DNA of 32,000 nt from Microcystis aeruginosa NIES-843 (GCF_000010625.1 NC_010296.1:3330001-3362000), one strand, 5' to 3'. Shown: positions 13,397-21,923, counted from the first letter of the stretch. Notes: generated by a model not told the origin, from the sequence alone. Program-made: numbers and translations.

Positions 13397-13737
13397 AACC
13401 ATTGATCGCCGCTGCCGTCAAGGCCATGGGGATAGCATCACCGGAAGCTAAATCGAGGGGGAAGTTATACGTTCAAGTGTATTTACAGCCCCCGCAATTG
13501 TCTCCCTTTTTTGGGTTTATTTATTTCAAAAATTATCTCTTTATTTGTATATTTTTAAACTTGTATAAAATTGATTTAAGTTTTGTAAAAAGTAGTTGAC
13601 AAAATCCGATCGAGATCAAGGATAACCCTATCCTTAAGGTGGACAAAATATGGTAAGGTGGACTGAGTAATAAAACTTATCACTAACCTATTATCAGTGA
13701 CAAGTGCCAAATTCACCAGAGAAGGCTAAATATAACT

Positions 13738-13965
13738 ATGTCCAAACGGTTTAAATTCGACTCCTCCGAGATGATTTATCTCACCGATAAACTGATGAAT
13801 GCGGCCAGCAATCGTTACTCGATCGTCGTGCAAGTCGCTAGACGGGCCAAACGCGTCCGCTACGATACCGTAGAAAATATCGATGACCCGATGATTAAAC
13901 CCGTCCAACGGGCCCTGATGGAAATGACCGACGAATTAACCGAACCGGAATTATTACGCGATTAA
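13738..13965 (+). CDS. rpoZ: DNA-directed RNA polymerase subunit omega
   Basis: The 75-aa protein contains AASNRYSIVVQVARRAKRVRY...PMIKPVQRALMEMTDELTEPE, which closely matches the cyanobacterial RpoZ pattern. Confidence 0.9.
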   Translation: MSKRFKFDSSEMIYLTDKLMNAASNRYSIVVQVARRAKRVRYDTVENIDDPMIKPVQRALMEMTDELTEPELLRD

Positions 13966-13992
13966 TCCCCTAAAATTGCCTGGAACCCACCC

Positions 13993-14160
13993 TTACATTT
14001 CATCGGGGTTGATACCCAGTGATCTTAGTCTTTCCGCTAGTCGTTGGGCTTTTTGTTCCGCTTCCTCTTTGGCTAAACGTTCTTGCTGGGCGAGCGCCGC
14101 AGCTGCCCTCGCCCTTTCCTCTGCGGTTAAATAACGATTTCCCGATACTGGGAAGAAGGC
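13993..14160 (-). pseudogene. Probable C-terminal remnant of a Uma2-family endonuclease gene
   Basis: The frame reads ...FFPVSGNRYLTAEERARAAAALAQQERLAKEEAEQKAQRLAERLRSLGINPDEM*. This is the same tail type as the 1-337 protein. There is no credible N-terminal domain or ATG, and the ORF-track start is a TTG inside the upstream gene's stop region. Confidence 0.45.
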
Positions 14161-14210
14161 GATTTTTGTGTAGGAAAGGTTAACCATAGCGATTGTTTTG
14201 ACTAGGGAAA

Positions 14211-14834
14211 TTACCAAGTATTCGGTTGAAAGTCGGCATCATTAATAATGGCCACCGTATCCCCAGAGGGTTTAATCACAAATAGACCTTTTTTATAAGC
14301 GTATCGATCGATCCCCTCGTTGATTTCAATTCCCGCCACCGCACCGTAAGCTCGATAGTTTTTATAATGGGGAAAAGCGATTTTAAAACGAGTCAATTTT
14401 TCAATAAATTCATCCACATCATCTTTAGATAATCTAGATTTACATTCCACCACCACGAGATCGGTATCATCTACCGCTAGGATATCAATTTCCATGGCGA
14501 TGCCCTGACGCTTGACTCTAGCGCGGGGATAAACTTCTTTAATATCGATACCTTTTTCCTGAAAAAGCCGTAAAACCGCCGGTTCTACCAATTCTTCCAC
14601 AAATCGACCCCAGCGAGTGGTGAGACTATCTACCGCTTTGCTGGTTCGTTCAACCGTCCGTTTCAGTTCTGCCATCGAGCGATCGCTTTCTAGTTTAGAT
14701 TCGGCGAGGAGGTTCTCTATTTGGACTCTATGGCGATCATATTCCGCCTTGGATTCGGCAGCCCGGCGATCATATTCCTCGGCGGAAGCGCGGAATAGCT
14801 GGTAAATATCCTCAAGAGTTACCGGTTCACTCAT
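14211..14834 (-). CDS. PD-(D/E)XK nuclease-fold protein with N-terminal coiled coil (DUF3782-like family)
   Basis: An N-terminal repetitive coiled coil (AEEYDRRAAESKAEYDR...) is followed by the core EIDILAV...DLVVVECKS (D...E-x-K). The C-terminus resembles the family I recall as DUF3782/PD-(D/E)XK from cyanobacteria and Thermus. Confidence 0.7.
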   Translation of the reverse strand: MSEPVTLEDIYQLFRASAEEYDRRAAESKAEYDRHRVQIENLLAESKLESDRSMAELKRTVERTSKAVDSLTTRWGRFVEELVEPAVLRLFQEKGIDIKEVYPRARVKRQGIAMEIDILAVDDTDLVVVECKSRLSKDDVDEFIEKLTRFKIAFPHYKNYRAYGAVAGIEINEGIDRYAYKKGLFVIKPSGDTVAIINDADFQPNTW

Positions 14835-14940
14835 AGACTTACCTCTAAAACACCCCTCATCATTTTAGCGATTCCGTCGAGAAGCCGGACGAAAGCGAGA
14901 GAGCAAAACGGAAAGGAATATTAAGAATTGTGTAAAAGAC

Positions 14941-14968
14941 TTGACAAATGTGCGGGGGGGGGTAAGGT
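14941..14968 (+). promoter_or_regulatory. Candidate sigma70-type promoter for the PEP-CTERM gene
   Basis: TTGACA (14941-14946) is followed by a 16-nt spacer and TAAGGT (14963-14968), about 60 nt upstream of the GTG at 15026. This is a pattern match only. Confidence 0.3.
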
Positions 14969-15025
14969 TTACTTGGAATTTTTGATTTTGTTCCAAAACT
15001 TACATAATCCTTACAACAATTTTAC

Positions 15026-15790
15026 GTGAAACTACCCATTATCGGCATCCTATCAGGAGTTGCCCTTGCGACTCTAGGCATCTCTGGCGTTGCAGAAGCG
15101 GCAATCCTTCTCCCTTCCCTTCCACCAGGGTCTGAGTATCGCTTGGTATTTGTTACCAGTGGAACCAGAGATGCGACTTCGAGCGATATCGCGGATTACA
15201 ATACTTTCGTTCAGAATGCGGCGCGTGGCTCTTCTGTTCTCAATACGGCGTTGACTGCGGCGGGATTTAACCCATTATCGATTAGCTGGACGGCGATCGC
15301 TTCGACGAGCGCTGTGAATGCACGAGTCAATACTCAGACTCAAGCAACGGATACCTCGCGCCCGATCTATCGTTTGGATGGGGCGCTGGTTGCCACGTCT
15401 TACACGGACTTGTGGGATGGCTTTATCGGATATCCCATTAATGTCACGGAATCCGGTACATCAATTGCTGGGACTCCCGGGACTGCTGTCTGGACTGGGA
15501 CTCTTCAGGACGGGACGAGCCCTGGTTCTCAATTAGGTTCCCTAGGGGCGGTGTCTGTCCGTGGATTCGTAGGCTTCGTTCTCGGTACTAATGTACTGGT
15601 CGTGGATTTTCGGTGGGTCAATACCGGTGCCGAGCCGTCCAATAATTTCCTCCCGGTGTACGGTATCTCTTCGGTGCTGGCGGTTCCCACCGCTCCCCCC
15701 GCAGCCACCCCGGAACCCTCTAGCCTTCTCGGTTTTATCACCTTGGGCGGATTAATGCTAGGGGGTGCCGTCCGCAAAGCGCGGAAGTAA
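15026..15790 (+). CDS. PEP-CTERM sorting-domain secreted protein (exosortase substrate)
   Basis: The signal peptide is MKLPIIGILSGVALATLGISGVAEA. The C-terminus is TPEPSSLLGFITLGGLMLGGAVRKARK, giving PEP, a TM helix and a basic cluster. Confidence 0.85.
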   Translation: MKLPIIGILSGVALATLGISGVAEAAILLPSLPPGSEYRLVFVTSGTRDATSSDIADYNTFVQNAARGSSVLNTALTAAGFNPLSISWTAIASTSAVNARVNTQTQATDTSRPIYRLDGALVATSYTDLWDGFIGYPINVTESGTSIAGTPGTAVWTGTLQDGTSPGSQLGSLGAVSVRGFVGFVLGTNVLVVDFRWVNTGAEPSNNFLPVYGISSVLAVPTAPPAATPEPSSLLGFITLGGLMLGGAVRKARK

Positions 15791-15898
15791 TACCTACAAG
15801 GGAGAGGAGGCGAGGGTTTCCTCTCTCGAAGCGGAGGTTTTCGATACTTTATTTGGTATCATCAAGTAAGAGAAGCTTGATTTATGTTGGTACAGAAA

Positions 15899-16110
15899 TG
15901 ATGAATCAAATTACTGCTATTTTCAATGGAGAAGCTTTTTATCCTACTGAAACCTTTAATCTTAAGCCGAATACTAAAGTAAAATTGACAATAGAAACTC
16001 AATTAATTGATGAAGAGCAATTGCAAATAATGGCAGATGATCAGGATATTTTAGGAGAAATCGCTACCATTAATCAGGAGTTTATGGTCTCTGAAATGGA
16101 CGGTTTGTAG
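15899..16110 (+). CDS. Antitoxin, DUF104 / AF2212-like family
   Basis: MMNQITAIFNGEAFYPTETFNLKPNTKVKLTIE matches the DUF104 pattern (I.A.Y.NG.F.P.E...L.EG..V.I). The stop codon lies 3 nt before the MazF start. I prefer the ATG at 15899 over the upstream TTG at 15853. Confidence 0.6.
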
Positions 16111-16113
16111 AAA

Positions 16114-16461
16114 ATGACTATCGCAAGAGGTGAAATTTATTTCGTTAATCTTAACCCGATTCAAGGAAAAGAGCAAGCAGGAACTAGACCAGTTTTAGTA
16201 TTATCTATTGATGTGATCAATCAGTTACCCTTAGTGGTGATGGTAGTGGTGGGGACGAAAGGAGAAAATATTCGCCAAGATTATCCGACTAATGTTCGCG
16301 TTTCGACTGATGAAAGTGGGCTTCCTTTAGAAACAGTCTTTCTTGGTTTTCAAATTCGTTCAATTGATAAAAATCGCTTCCCCTCGGCACCAGTTGGGAA
16401 ACTATCCGAAGAAAAAATGCAAGAAATTGAAACGGCAGTCCGATATTGCCTAGGATTGTAA
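16114..16461 (+). CDS. mazF: Type II toxin, PemK/MazF-family endoribonuclease
   Basis: RGEIYFVNLNPIQGKEQAGTRPVLVLS is the hallmark MazF/PemK N-terminal motif, and the length is 115 aa. Confidence 0.85.
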   Translation: MTIARGEIYFVNLNPIQGKEQAGTRPVLVLSIDVINQLPLVVMVVVGTKGENIRQDYPTNVRVSTDESGLPLETVFLGFQIRSIDKNRFPSAPVGKLSEEKMQEIETAVRYCLGL

Positions 16462-16659
16462 GGAGATTTTATATTTTTGGTACGGCGTTTATCCATAGCT
16501 CCTGCAAGCGTGGCGTTTGATTGATGCCAATTCTAGCAGATAGCCTCCAGACCCTCTGACCAAGGCAGTCCTGGCACCGATAACCACAGCGCTCAACTTC
16601 CGCGAGAATGCTAATATAAAAAAGCTATTGGCTAATTTTTTCTTATTTTAACTCGCAAT

Positions 16660-17082
16660 ATGCTCCCGTCTAATCTCGATCGCATCGTCGAACGCCTCAA
16701 ACGTCGTACCGATCCTAAGCAAAAATACGAACAATTACTAGCTTTTGCTAAAAAACTAGAACCAATACCAGAATCTGCCAAAATACCCGCTAATAAAGTT
16801 CATGGCTGTGTATCCCAAGTTTATATCACTGCCGACCTCGAAAATGGCCAGGTTTGGTACAAAGGGGATTCCGACGCGCAATTAGTCAAGGGTTTAGTTG
16901 CTTTGTTAATCGAGGGTTTCAATGGACTGACTCCCACGGAAATCCTGCAAGTCACCCCGGATTTTATCGAAGAAACTGGTTTAAAAGTCAGCCTTACTCC
17001 TTCCCGCGCCAACGGCTTTTATAATATTTTCCAATTAATGCAGAAAAAAGCTCTCGGTTTTCAGTTGGGAATGTCCGCTTAG
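16660..17082 (+). CDS. sufE: SufE-family cysteine desulfuration (sulfur acceptor) protein
   Basis: It contains the KVHGCVSQVYI active-site Cys motif and has a length of 140 aa. Confidence 0.85.
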   Translation: MLPSNLDRIVERLKRRTDPKQKYEQLLAFAKKLEPIPESAKIPANKVHGCVSQVYITADLENGQVWYKGDSDAQLVKGLVALLIEGFNGLTPTEILQVTPDFIEETGLKVSLTPSRANGFYNIFQLMQKKALGFQLGMSA

Positions 17083-17086
17083 ATGC

Positions 17087-17638
17087 CTAGTTTTCCAGTT
17101 CCGGTTCCTTTGATTCGGGAATCTCGCAGTTTTGGAAACGAGTATCCACCAGCGAACGCGTACAACCCCAATTACTCGGTATTCCCGACGGCCAACCCAT
17201 CCGCAAAGCTTCCGGACAGATGGCCATCACCGTTAACTGACAGTCAATTAACTGAAAACCCTCTTTCTCACACTGTTTGAGACTGTGTTTGAGAATGGAA
17301 TCATTGTTAAATTCAATGGTTTTATTGCACTGAATACAGACCAAATGATGATGGTGGTGGGGATAGGGTTGATTGAGTTCGTAGTGTTTATGACCCTCGG
17401 CCAATTCCAACTCCCGCAAAATTCCCATCCGCGACATCAGTTTAACACTGCGGTAAATTGTCGATAAACTAATTCCTTCCCCCCTTTTGTCCAGCAATTC
17501 CTGCAATTCTTCGGCGCTGAGATGATTGCCTTTCGGTAAATTCTGGAAAACGTGCAGAATTTTCTCTCGCTGGGGAGTTAAGCGCCACCCCCGCGCGTTG
17601 AGTTCCGCTTTCAGGGAGGAAGCAGTGTAGGCAGACAT
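17087..17638 (-). CDS. fur: Ferric uptake regulator, cyanobacterial FurA type
   Basis: SLKAELNARGWRLTPQREKIL..., LSTIYRSVKLM, HKHYELNQPYPHHHHHLVCIQC and the CxxC pairs closely match my memory of Synechocystis/Anabaena Fur. Confidence 0.9.
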   Translation of the reverse strand: MSAYTASSLKAELNARGWRLTPQREKILHVFQNLPKGNHLSAEELQELLDKRGEGISLSTIYRSVKLMSRMGILRELELAEGHKHYELNQPYPHHHHHLVCIQCNKTIEFNNDSILKHSLKQCEKEGFQLIDCQLTVMAICPEALRMGWPSGIPSNWGCTRSLVDTRFQNCEIPESKEPELEN

Positions 17639-17671
17639 AAGCGATCAACTCTCAATAAAAGCTATTTAATT

Positions 17672-17690
17672 GACAATGATAGTCGTTTCG
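17672..17690. promoter_or_regulatory. Candidate Fur box in the fur-dnaJ divergent intergenic region
   Basis: GACAATGATAGTCGTTTCG matches the classical GATAATGATAATCATTATC consensus at 13 of 19 positions. It lies 34 nt upstream of the fur start codon. Confidence 0.3.
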
Positions 17691-17743
17691 GCGAGCCATT
17701 GGCAACAATTTTCAGTAGTTGAAAATTCCCCCCGCATTCAAGT

Positions 17744-19009
17744 ATGAAAAATTACTATGAAATCCTGCAAATTCCCCGTCATGCCAGTAATAATCAGATA
17801 AAAGCCGCTTTTCGTCGTCTGGCCCGGCAATATCACCCCGATTATAATCCCAATGATCCAGAGGCAGTGACAAAATTTCGGGAAATTGAACAAGCTTATC
17901 GGGTTTTGAGCGATAAAGAGAAAAGAAAAGAGTATGATCGCAGTTTATCCCCAGAAATACCCACTTTTAACCCCAGTGCCGAGGATTTTTATCAACAGGG
18001 ATGGCACTACGCTCAAGAGAAAAATTATCAACTAGCGATCGCATTTTACCAGCAAGCGATCGCAATTAATCCGCAATTTTGGCAGGCCTATCTGCAACGG
18101 GCGGAAGTTTACTACCATAATCAGCAGGATCGGCAAGTTTTAAGCGATTGTCGCCAAGTTTTGCAGTTAAAACCCGATTGTTCCCAAGCTTACTATTACC
18201 TCGGTTTATCCCGTCAACGACTCGGTTACACCCAATCCTCCCTAGAAGCTTATAGAAAAGCAATCGCCATTGACCCAGATAACCCCCAATTCTATTATCA
18301 AAGAGGATTGGCTCTAGAGGAACTCTCGGAACTGCCGGCAGCACGAAAAGATTTCCAAATAGCGGCCAAGAAATTCAAGCAACAGGGAAATTTTCGCCGC
18401 TATCATGCCATTGCAAATAAATTAAGAGACCCTCATAAAAGTTATCGACAACGGCAATCGATCAAGTGGTCAAAAACTCTTTTTATTGTTTTTAATTTGC
18501 TGAAAATCTCTGGCTCATCTTTGCTCAAACCCAAGACCGGTCTAGCAGAGGCTTTTTTAAAGCTTAACCGTAATCAGGCTTTGGCTACGGGTGTATTTGC
18601 AGCAATCATCAGCAGTTTTTTCATCGCTTTTACTTGGCAAAACTGGACAGTTAAATCTGATTTTTTGCTGTTATTAGGCTGGGCAGTATTTCCTTTTATT
18701 ATTCTGACTTTATCTAGTTGGTTAGGCAGAAAATTAAGTAATAAATATGGTAGTCTCACCGGCGATATATTTTTAGGTGGCTTGATAATTTTGCCCTTTT
18801 CCCTCGTCATTTTGCTCACTTCCTATTTATCCATAAATGGCGATATTGTCGGCGCAATTATCGGTGTAACCGGCGGTTATCTAACCGGAATGCTCTACTA
18901 TGGTTATCGCCATTTATCCAACATTCCTTGGCCGATCTCTTTACTTTTAGTCCCTTTTGTGCTAGGGTTTCTTACTGTCAACATCTGGGGAGTTTATTAT
19001 TATCTCTAA
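17744..19009 (+). CDS. J-domain protein with TPR repeats and C-terminal multi-TM domain
   Basis: The N-terminus YYEILQIPRHAS...YHPDYNP carries the HPD motif. It is followed by TPR-like repeats (AIAFYQQAIAINP, AYRKAIAIDP) and four or more hydrophobic helices. Confidence 0.8.
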   Translation: MKNYYEILQIPRHASNNQIKAAFRRLARQYHPDYNPNDPEAVTKFREIEQAYRVLSDKEKRKEYDRSLSPEIPTFNPSAEDFYQQGWHYAQEKNYQLAIAFYQQAIAINPQFWQAYLQRAEVYYHNQQDRQVLSDCRQVLQLKPDCSQAYYYLGLSRQRLGYTQSSLEAYRKAIAIDPDNPQFYYQRGLALEELSELPAARKDFQIAAKKFKQQGNFRRYHAIANKLRDPHKSYRQRQSIKWSKTLFIVFNLLKISGSSLLKPKTGLAEAFLKLNRNQALATGVFAAIISSFFIAFTWQNWTVKSDFLLLLGWAVFPFIILTLSSWLGRKLSNKYGSLTGDIFLGGLIILPFSLVILLTSYLSINGDIVGAIIGVTGGYLTGMLYYGYRHLSNIPWPISLLLVPFVLGFLTVNIWGVYYYL

Positions 19010-19576
19010 ATCTTCCGGGGTATTACAGTTAAATAAAATCTCGGAATTATCGATGATTAATTCCTCCACCACGGAGACATTTAACCATTTTTGAAAAGAA
19101 GTTCCCCCTTGCTGAATATAAGTCTGCAAAGATTCTAAACAACGACGATGATAGAAACCACAGAGAGGCTCCCAACGAGAGCCGCGGCGGGGAACCAAAG
19201 CGATGGCATTTTCTGGTACAGTGGCTAATAATCTTGACCATTCTTGCATAATTGAGGAGGTTAATAAAGGTAAATCGCAAGCGAGCAATAAAACCCAATC
19301 GCTTGATACAAAAGTTAATGCCAAGGCAAAGGCCAATAAAGGCCCCCCAGTGGGGAGAGGTTCCCTAATTATCCGGCAGCATGGGGGAATGATCAGTTCA
19401 TAACGTTCCGGCCAAGGCGTAATCACAGACACTTGTACTGCACAATCTTGGGCAATTAAACAAGTATTCTCTAGAAAAGAGACACCCTGAAAAGATAACA
19501 AAGCTTTATCTTCTCCCATCCTGGAACTTTGCCCACCAGCCAGAATTAACGCCGTTAAAGCGGGAAAATCACTCAT
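18962..19576 (-). CDS. mobA: Molybdenum cofactor guanylyltransferase
   Basis: It contains the LILAGGQSSRMGEDKALL motif and the ACDLP motif. I prefer the ATG at 19576 (MSDFPAL...). The 3' end overlaps the convergent J-domain gene by 48 nt. Confidence 0.8.
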   Translation of the reverse strand: MSDFPALTALILAGGQSSRMGEDKALLSFQGVSFLENTCLIAQDCAVQVSVITPWPERYELIIPPCCRIIREPLPTGGPLLAFALALTFVSSDWVLLLACDLPLLTSSIMQEWSRLLATVPENAIALVPRRGSRWEPLCGFYHRRCLESLQTYIQQGGTSFQKWLNVSVVEELIIDNSEILFNCNTPEDLEIIINSPDVDSKKP

Positions 19577-19840
19577 AATCACCAGTTCTATCGGACAAAT
19601 ACCATGATTAATCACGATCTTTTCGGCGATCGCAGATTAGACCAAATCCGTTTTTAATAGTAGGATTAACTCCCAATCTAACTTTAAAAACCCAATTGCA
19701 GGATTAAGGATAAACCACAGAGGCACAAAGGACACGGAGAAGAAGACAGAAAGGACAAGAGAGCCTACTAATCTAGCCAAGTTGCTCAAATCTATGCTAG
19801 TCTCTTGACAATTAATAATGTCTCCATAAACAAGCACTAG

Positions 19841-20980
19841 ATGAATTCCCATTTAATCAAAGTTCCCTTTGTCGATTTAACTTGGCAAAATCAGCCCCTA
19901 CAAGCAAAAATTACCGAGGCAATCCAAACAGTTACCGACCGGGGAGATTTTGTTTTAGGCCAAGCTTTAGCCGAATTTGAAACCGCCTTTGCCCAAGCTT
20001 GCGGAGTCGAGTATGCTGTGGGAGTAGCTTCTGGCACTGCTGCTCTTGCCCTGGCTTTACAAGCTTACGGCATCGGTGCCGGGGATGAAGTGCTAGTCCC
20101 CGCTAATACCTTTGTCGCTACCCTCATGGGTGTTATTCAAGCGGGGGCCAAACCAGTTTTAGTTGATTGTCACCTCGATACGGCCTTAATTGACCTCGCG
20201 GCGGCTGCCCAAAGAATTACCCCCAACACCCGCGCCATTCTCCCCGTACACCTGTACGGACAGATGGTATCACCCCAACAATTACAGGATTTTGCCCGCA
20301 GCTATAATCTGATTATCTTTGAAGATGCGGCCCAGGCCCATTTAGCCAGTAGAGAAGGTTATCGCGCCGGCAGTGTCGGTGTGGCGGCGGGGTTTAGTTT
20401 TTATCCCAGTAAAAATTTGGGTGCTTTTGGCAATGGCGGAATGTTAGTGAGCAATGATCCCGAAATTAGCCAAAAAGCCCGCAGTTTAAGAAATTATGGC
20501 GCACCGAGCAAGTATTTCCACACCGATATCGGCACTAATAGCCGTTTGGATAGCATACAAGCCGCCATTTTAAACATTAAATTACCCCATCTGGAAAGCT
20601 GGAATCGCTCCCGTCATCGAGCGGCAAGACAATACGACAGGCTTTTGGCTCCTTTAGCCGATCAAGGCATTTTACCCGTACGAGACGAAACCGAGACCGG
20701 TCATGTCTATCATCTCTACGTTATTCGCATTCTCCCCCATTGTCCCGTTGAGCGCCAACAACTACAAGAACAATTAACTGCCGTCGGCATTCAAACCGGC
20801 ATTCATTATCCGATTCCTTGTCATCTGCAACCGGCCTATCGCTACCTCGGTTATCAACAGGGAGACTTTCCTCATGCAGAGATTCTCTGTGAAGAAATTG
20901 TCTCTCTCCCCATGTACCCCGGCATCAGCGAGGAGCAAATTGAAATGGTTGTTGAACAGATTACTGCGATCATCGGGTAA
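19841..20980 (+). CDS. DegT/DnrJ/EryC1/StrS-family PLP-dependent sugar aminotransferase
   Basis: FVLGQALAEFE, the GTAAL motif, and the FSFYPSKNLGA segment with the PLP lysine are all present. Confidence 0.85.
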   Translation: MNSHLIKVPFVDLTWQNQPLQAKITEAIQTVTDRGDFVLGQALAEFETAFAQACGVEYAVGVASGTAALALALQAYGIGAGDEVLVPANTFVATLMGVIQAGAKPVLVDCHLDTALIDLAAAAQRITPNTRAILPVHLYGQMVSPQQLQDFARSYNLIIFEDAAQAHLASREGYRAGSVGVAAGFSFYPSKNLGAFGNGGMLVSNDPEISQKARSLRNYGAPSKYFHTDIGTNSRLDSIQAAILNIKLPHLESWNRSRHRAARQYDRLLAPLADQGILPVRDETETGHVYHLYVIRILPHCPVERQQLQEQLTAVGIQTGIHYPIPCHLQPAYRYLGYQQGDFPHAEILCEEIVSLPMYPGISEEQIEMVVEQITAIIG

Positions 20981-21017
20981 CATAAATTCAGAATTTGTCA
21001 CTAAATCGCTCCGTCCT

Positions 21018-21923
21018 ATGGGTATTAGTCCTTCCCTATCCCCCGTCTCCCACAAAAATCGGCAATCTTGGCTGATGATCGGTTTCTTGGCGGTTATCTA
21101 TGGTCCGGTGATCTTTCACTGGTACGATGGTTGGCTGAATAAATCGATCGGCATCGAACACGAATACTTTAGCCACGGCTTGATTGGCCTTCCCTACGCC
21201 GCCTATATTGTCTGGCAGAATCGCAAAAAATGGCAACGCCTCGAAGATCGCTCCCATCCCCTCGGAGCCTTTTTGTTAACCCTAGGAGCGATTTTTTATC
21301 TCCTCGGTTCCTCTCTTTGGGTTAGTATGTCTTTCCCGATTATGTTAGCGGGAATCTGTCTCTGGTTAAAAGGAACGGAAGGTTTTAAATTACAGGGATT
21401 TCCCATACTTTTAACAGCCTTAGCGACTCCTAATCCCATCCCCTACCTGATTGCTCCCTATACCCTACCCCTACAGGTTTTTATTGCCGCTTGCGCTGGT
21501 TTTATTCTCCAGCAAGCAGGCTTAGATGTCTCCGTTGACGGTATCTATGTAGCGGTAGAAGGTAGGATGGTGGAAGTCGCTCCCTACTGTGCGGGGCTGA
21601 AAATGTTATTCACCAGTCTTTACGTCACCCTCCTGCTGCTCCATTGGACTGATACCATCGAAAACGGTCGTAAAACCCGCTTTATGCTCCTCAGTGCCTT
21701 TGGAATTAGTGTCGGGGCTAATATCGTTCGTAACGCGCTTTTAGCTTGGTTTCACGGCACAGGACAAGAGGCAAACTTTAAATTACTCCACGATAGCTGG
21801 GGGGGTGATTTGTACTCGGTCTTTATGTTATTACTGATCCTTTTGGTCTTCCAAATCATGCAGTATCGCGAGGCGGTCAAGAAACAGTCCCCGGCTCAAG
21901 AGGAAGGTAACCAGGATGATTAG
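21018..21923 (+). CDS. crtA: Cyanoexosortase A (exosortase/EpsH family transpeptidase)
   Basis: It is a polytopic membrane protein with the exosortase catalytic motifs APYCAGLKM (Cys), NIVRN (Arg) and a conserved downstream His. I chose the ATG at 21018 because the longer ORF start at 20874 lies inside the DegT gene. Confidence 0.75.
   Translation: MGISPSLSPVSHKNRQSWLMIGFLAVIYGPVIFHWYDGWLNKSIGIEHEYFSHGLIGLPYAAYIVWQNRKKWQRLEDRSHPLGAFLLTLGAIFYLLGSSLWVSMSFPIMLAGICLWLKGTEGFKLQGFPILLTALATPNPIPYLIAPYTLPLQVFIAACAGFILQQAGLDVSVDGIYVAVEGRMVEVAPYCAGLKMLFTSLYVTLLLLHWTDTIENGRKTRFMLLSAFGISVGANIVRNALLAWFHGTGQEANFKLLHDSWGGDLYSVFMLLLILLVFQIMQYREAVKKQSPAQEEGNQDD

Noticed and set aside
13402-13599. A 65-aa plus-strand ORF upstream of rpoZ.
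   Set aside because: It is AT-rich, its low-complexity hydrophobic translation (FFGFIYFKNYLFICIFLNLYKI) is typical of random intergenic sequence, and it starts at a non-ATG codon.
13596-13624. A TTGACA hexamer considered as the rpoZ promoter -35 element.
   Set aside because: No acceptable -10 hexamer lies at 16-18-nt spacing. The best candidate is GATAAC at 19 nt. I left it uncalled as a feature and mention it only in context.
16462-16659. A 190-bp intergenic segment after mazF with normal GC content. Its minus-strand frame reads AVVIGARTALVRGSGGYLLELASIKRHACRSYG*, so it might be a gene fragment or an ncRNA.
   Set aside because: There is no start codon, no recognisable family motif and no convincing secondary structure by eye. 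The evidence is too weak to call, and it would need a BLASTX or Rfam scan.
19637-19852. A 71-aa minus-strand ORF in the mobA-degT intergenic region.
   Set aside because: It overlaps the DegT start on the opposite strand, has no recognisable motifs, and is probably a chance ORF. The purine-rich plus-strand stretch at 19700-19760 remains unexplained, but I could not assign it.
20874-21017. The longer 349-aa version of the exosortase ORF, which starts inside the DegT gene.
   Set aside because: The first 48 codons overlap the DegT 3' end in another frame and encode no exosortase-like sequence. The ATG at 21018 gives the expected roughly 300-aa polytopic protein.
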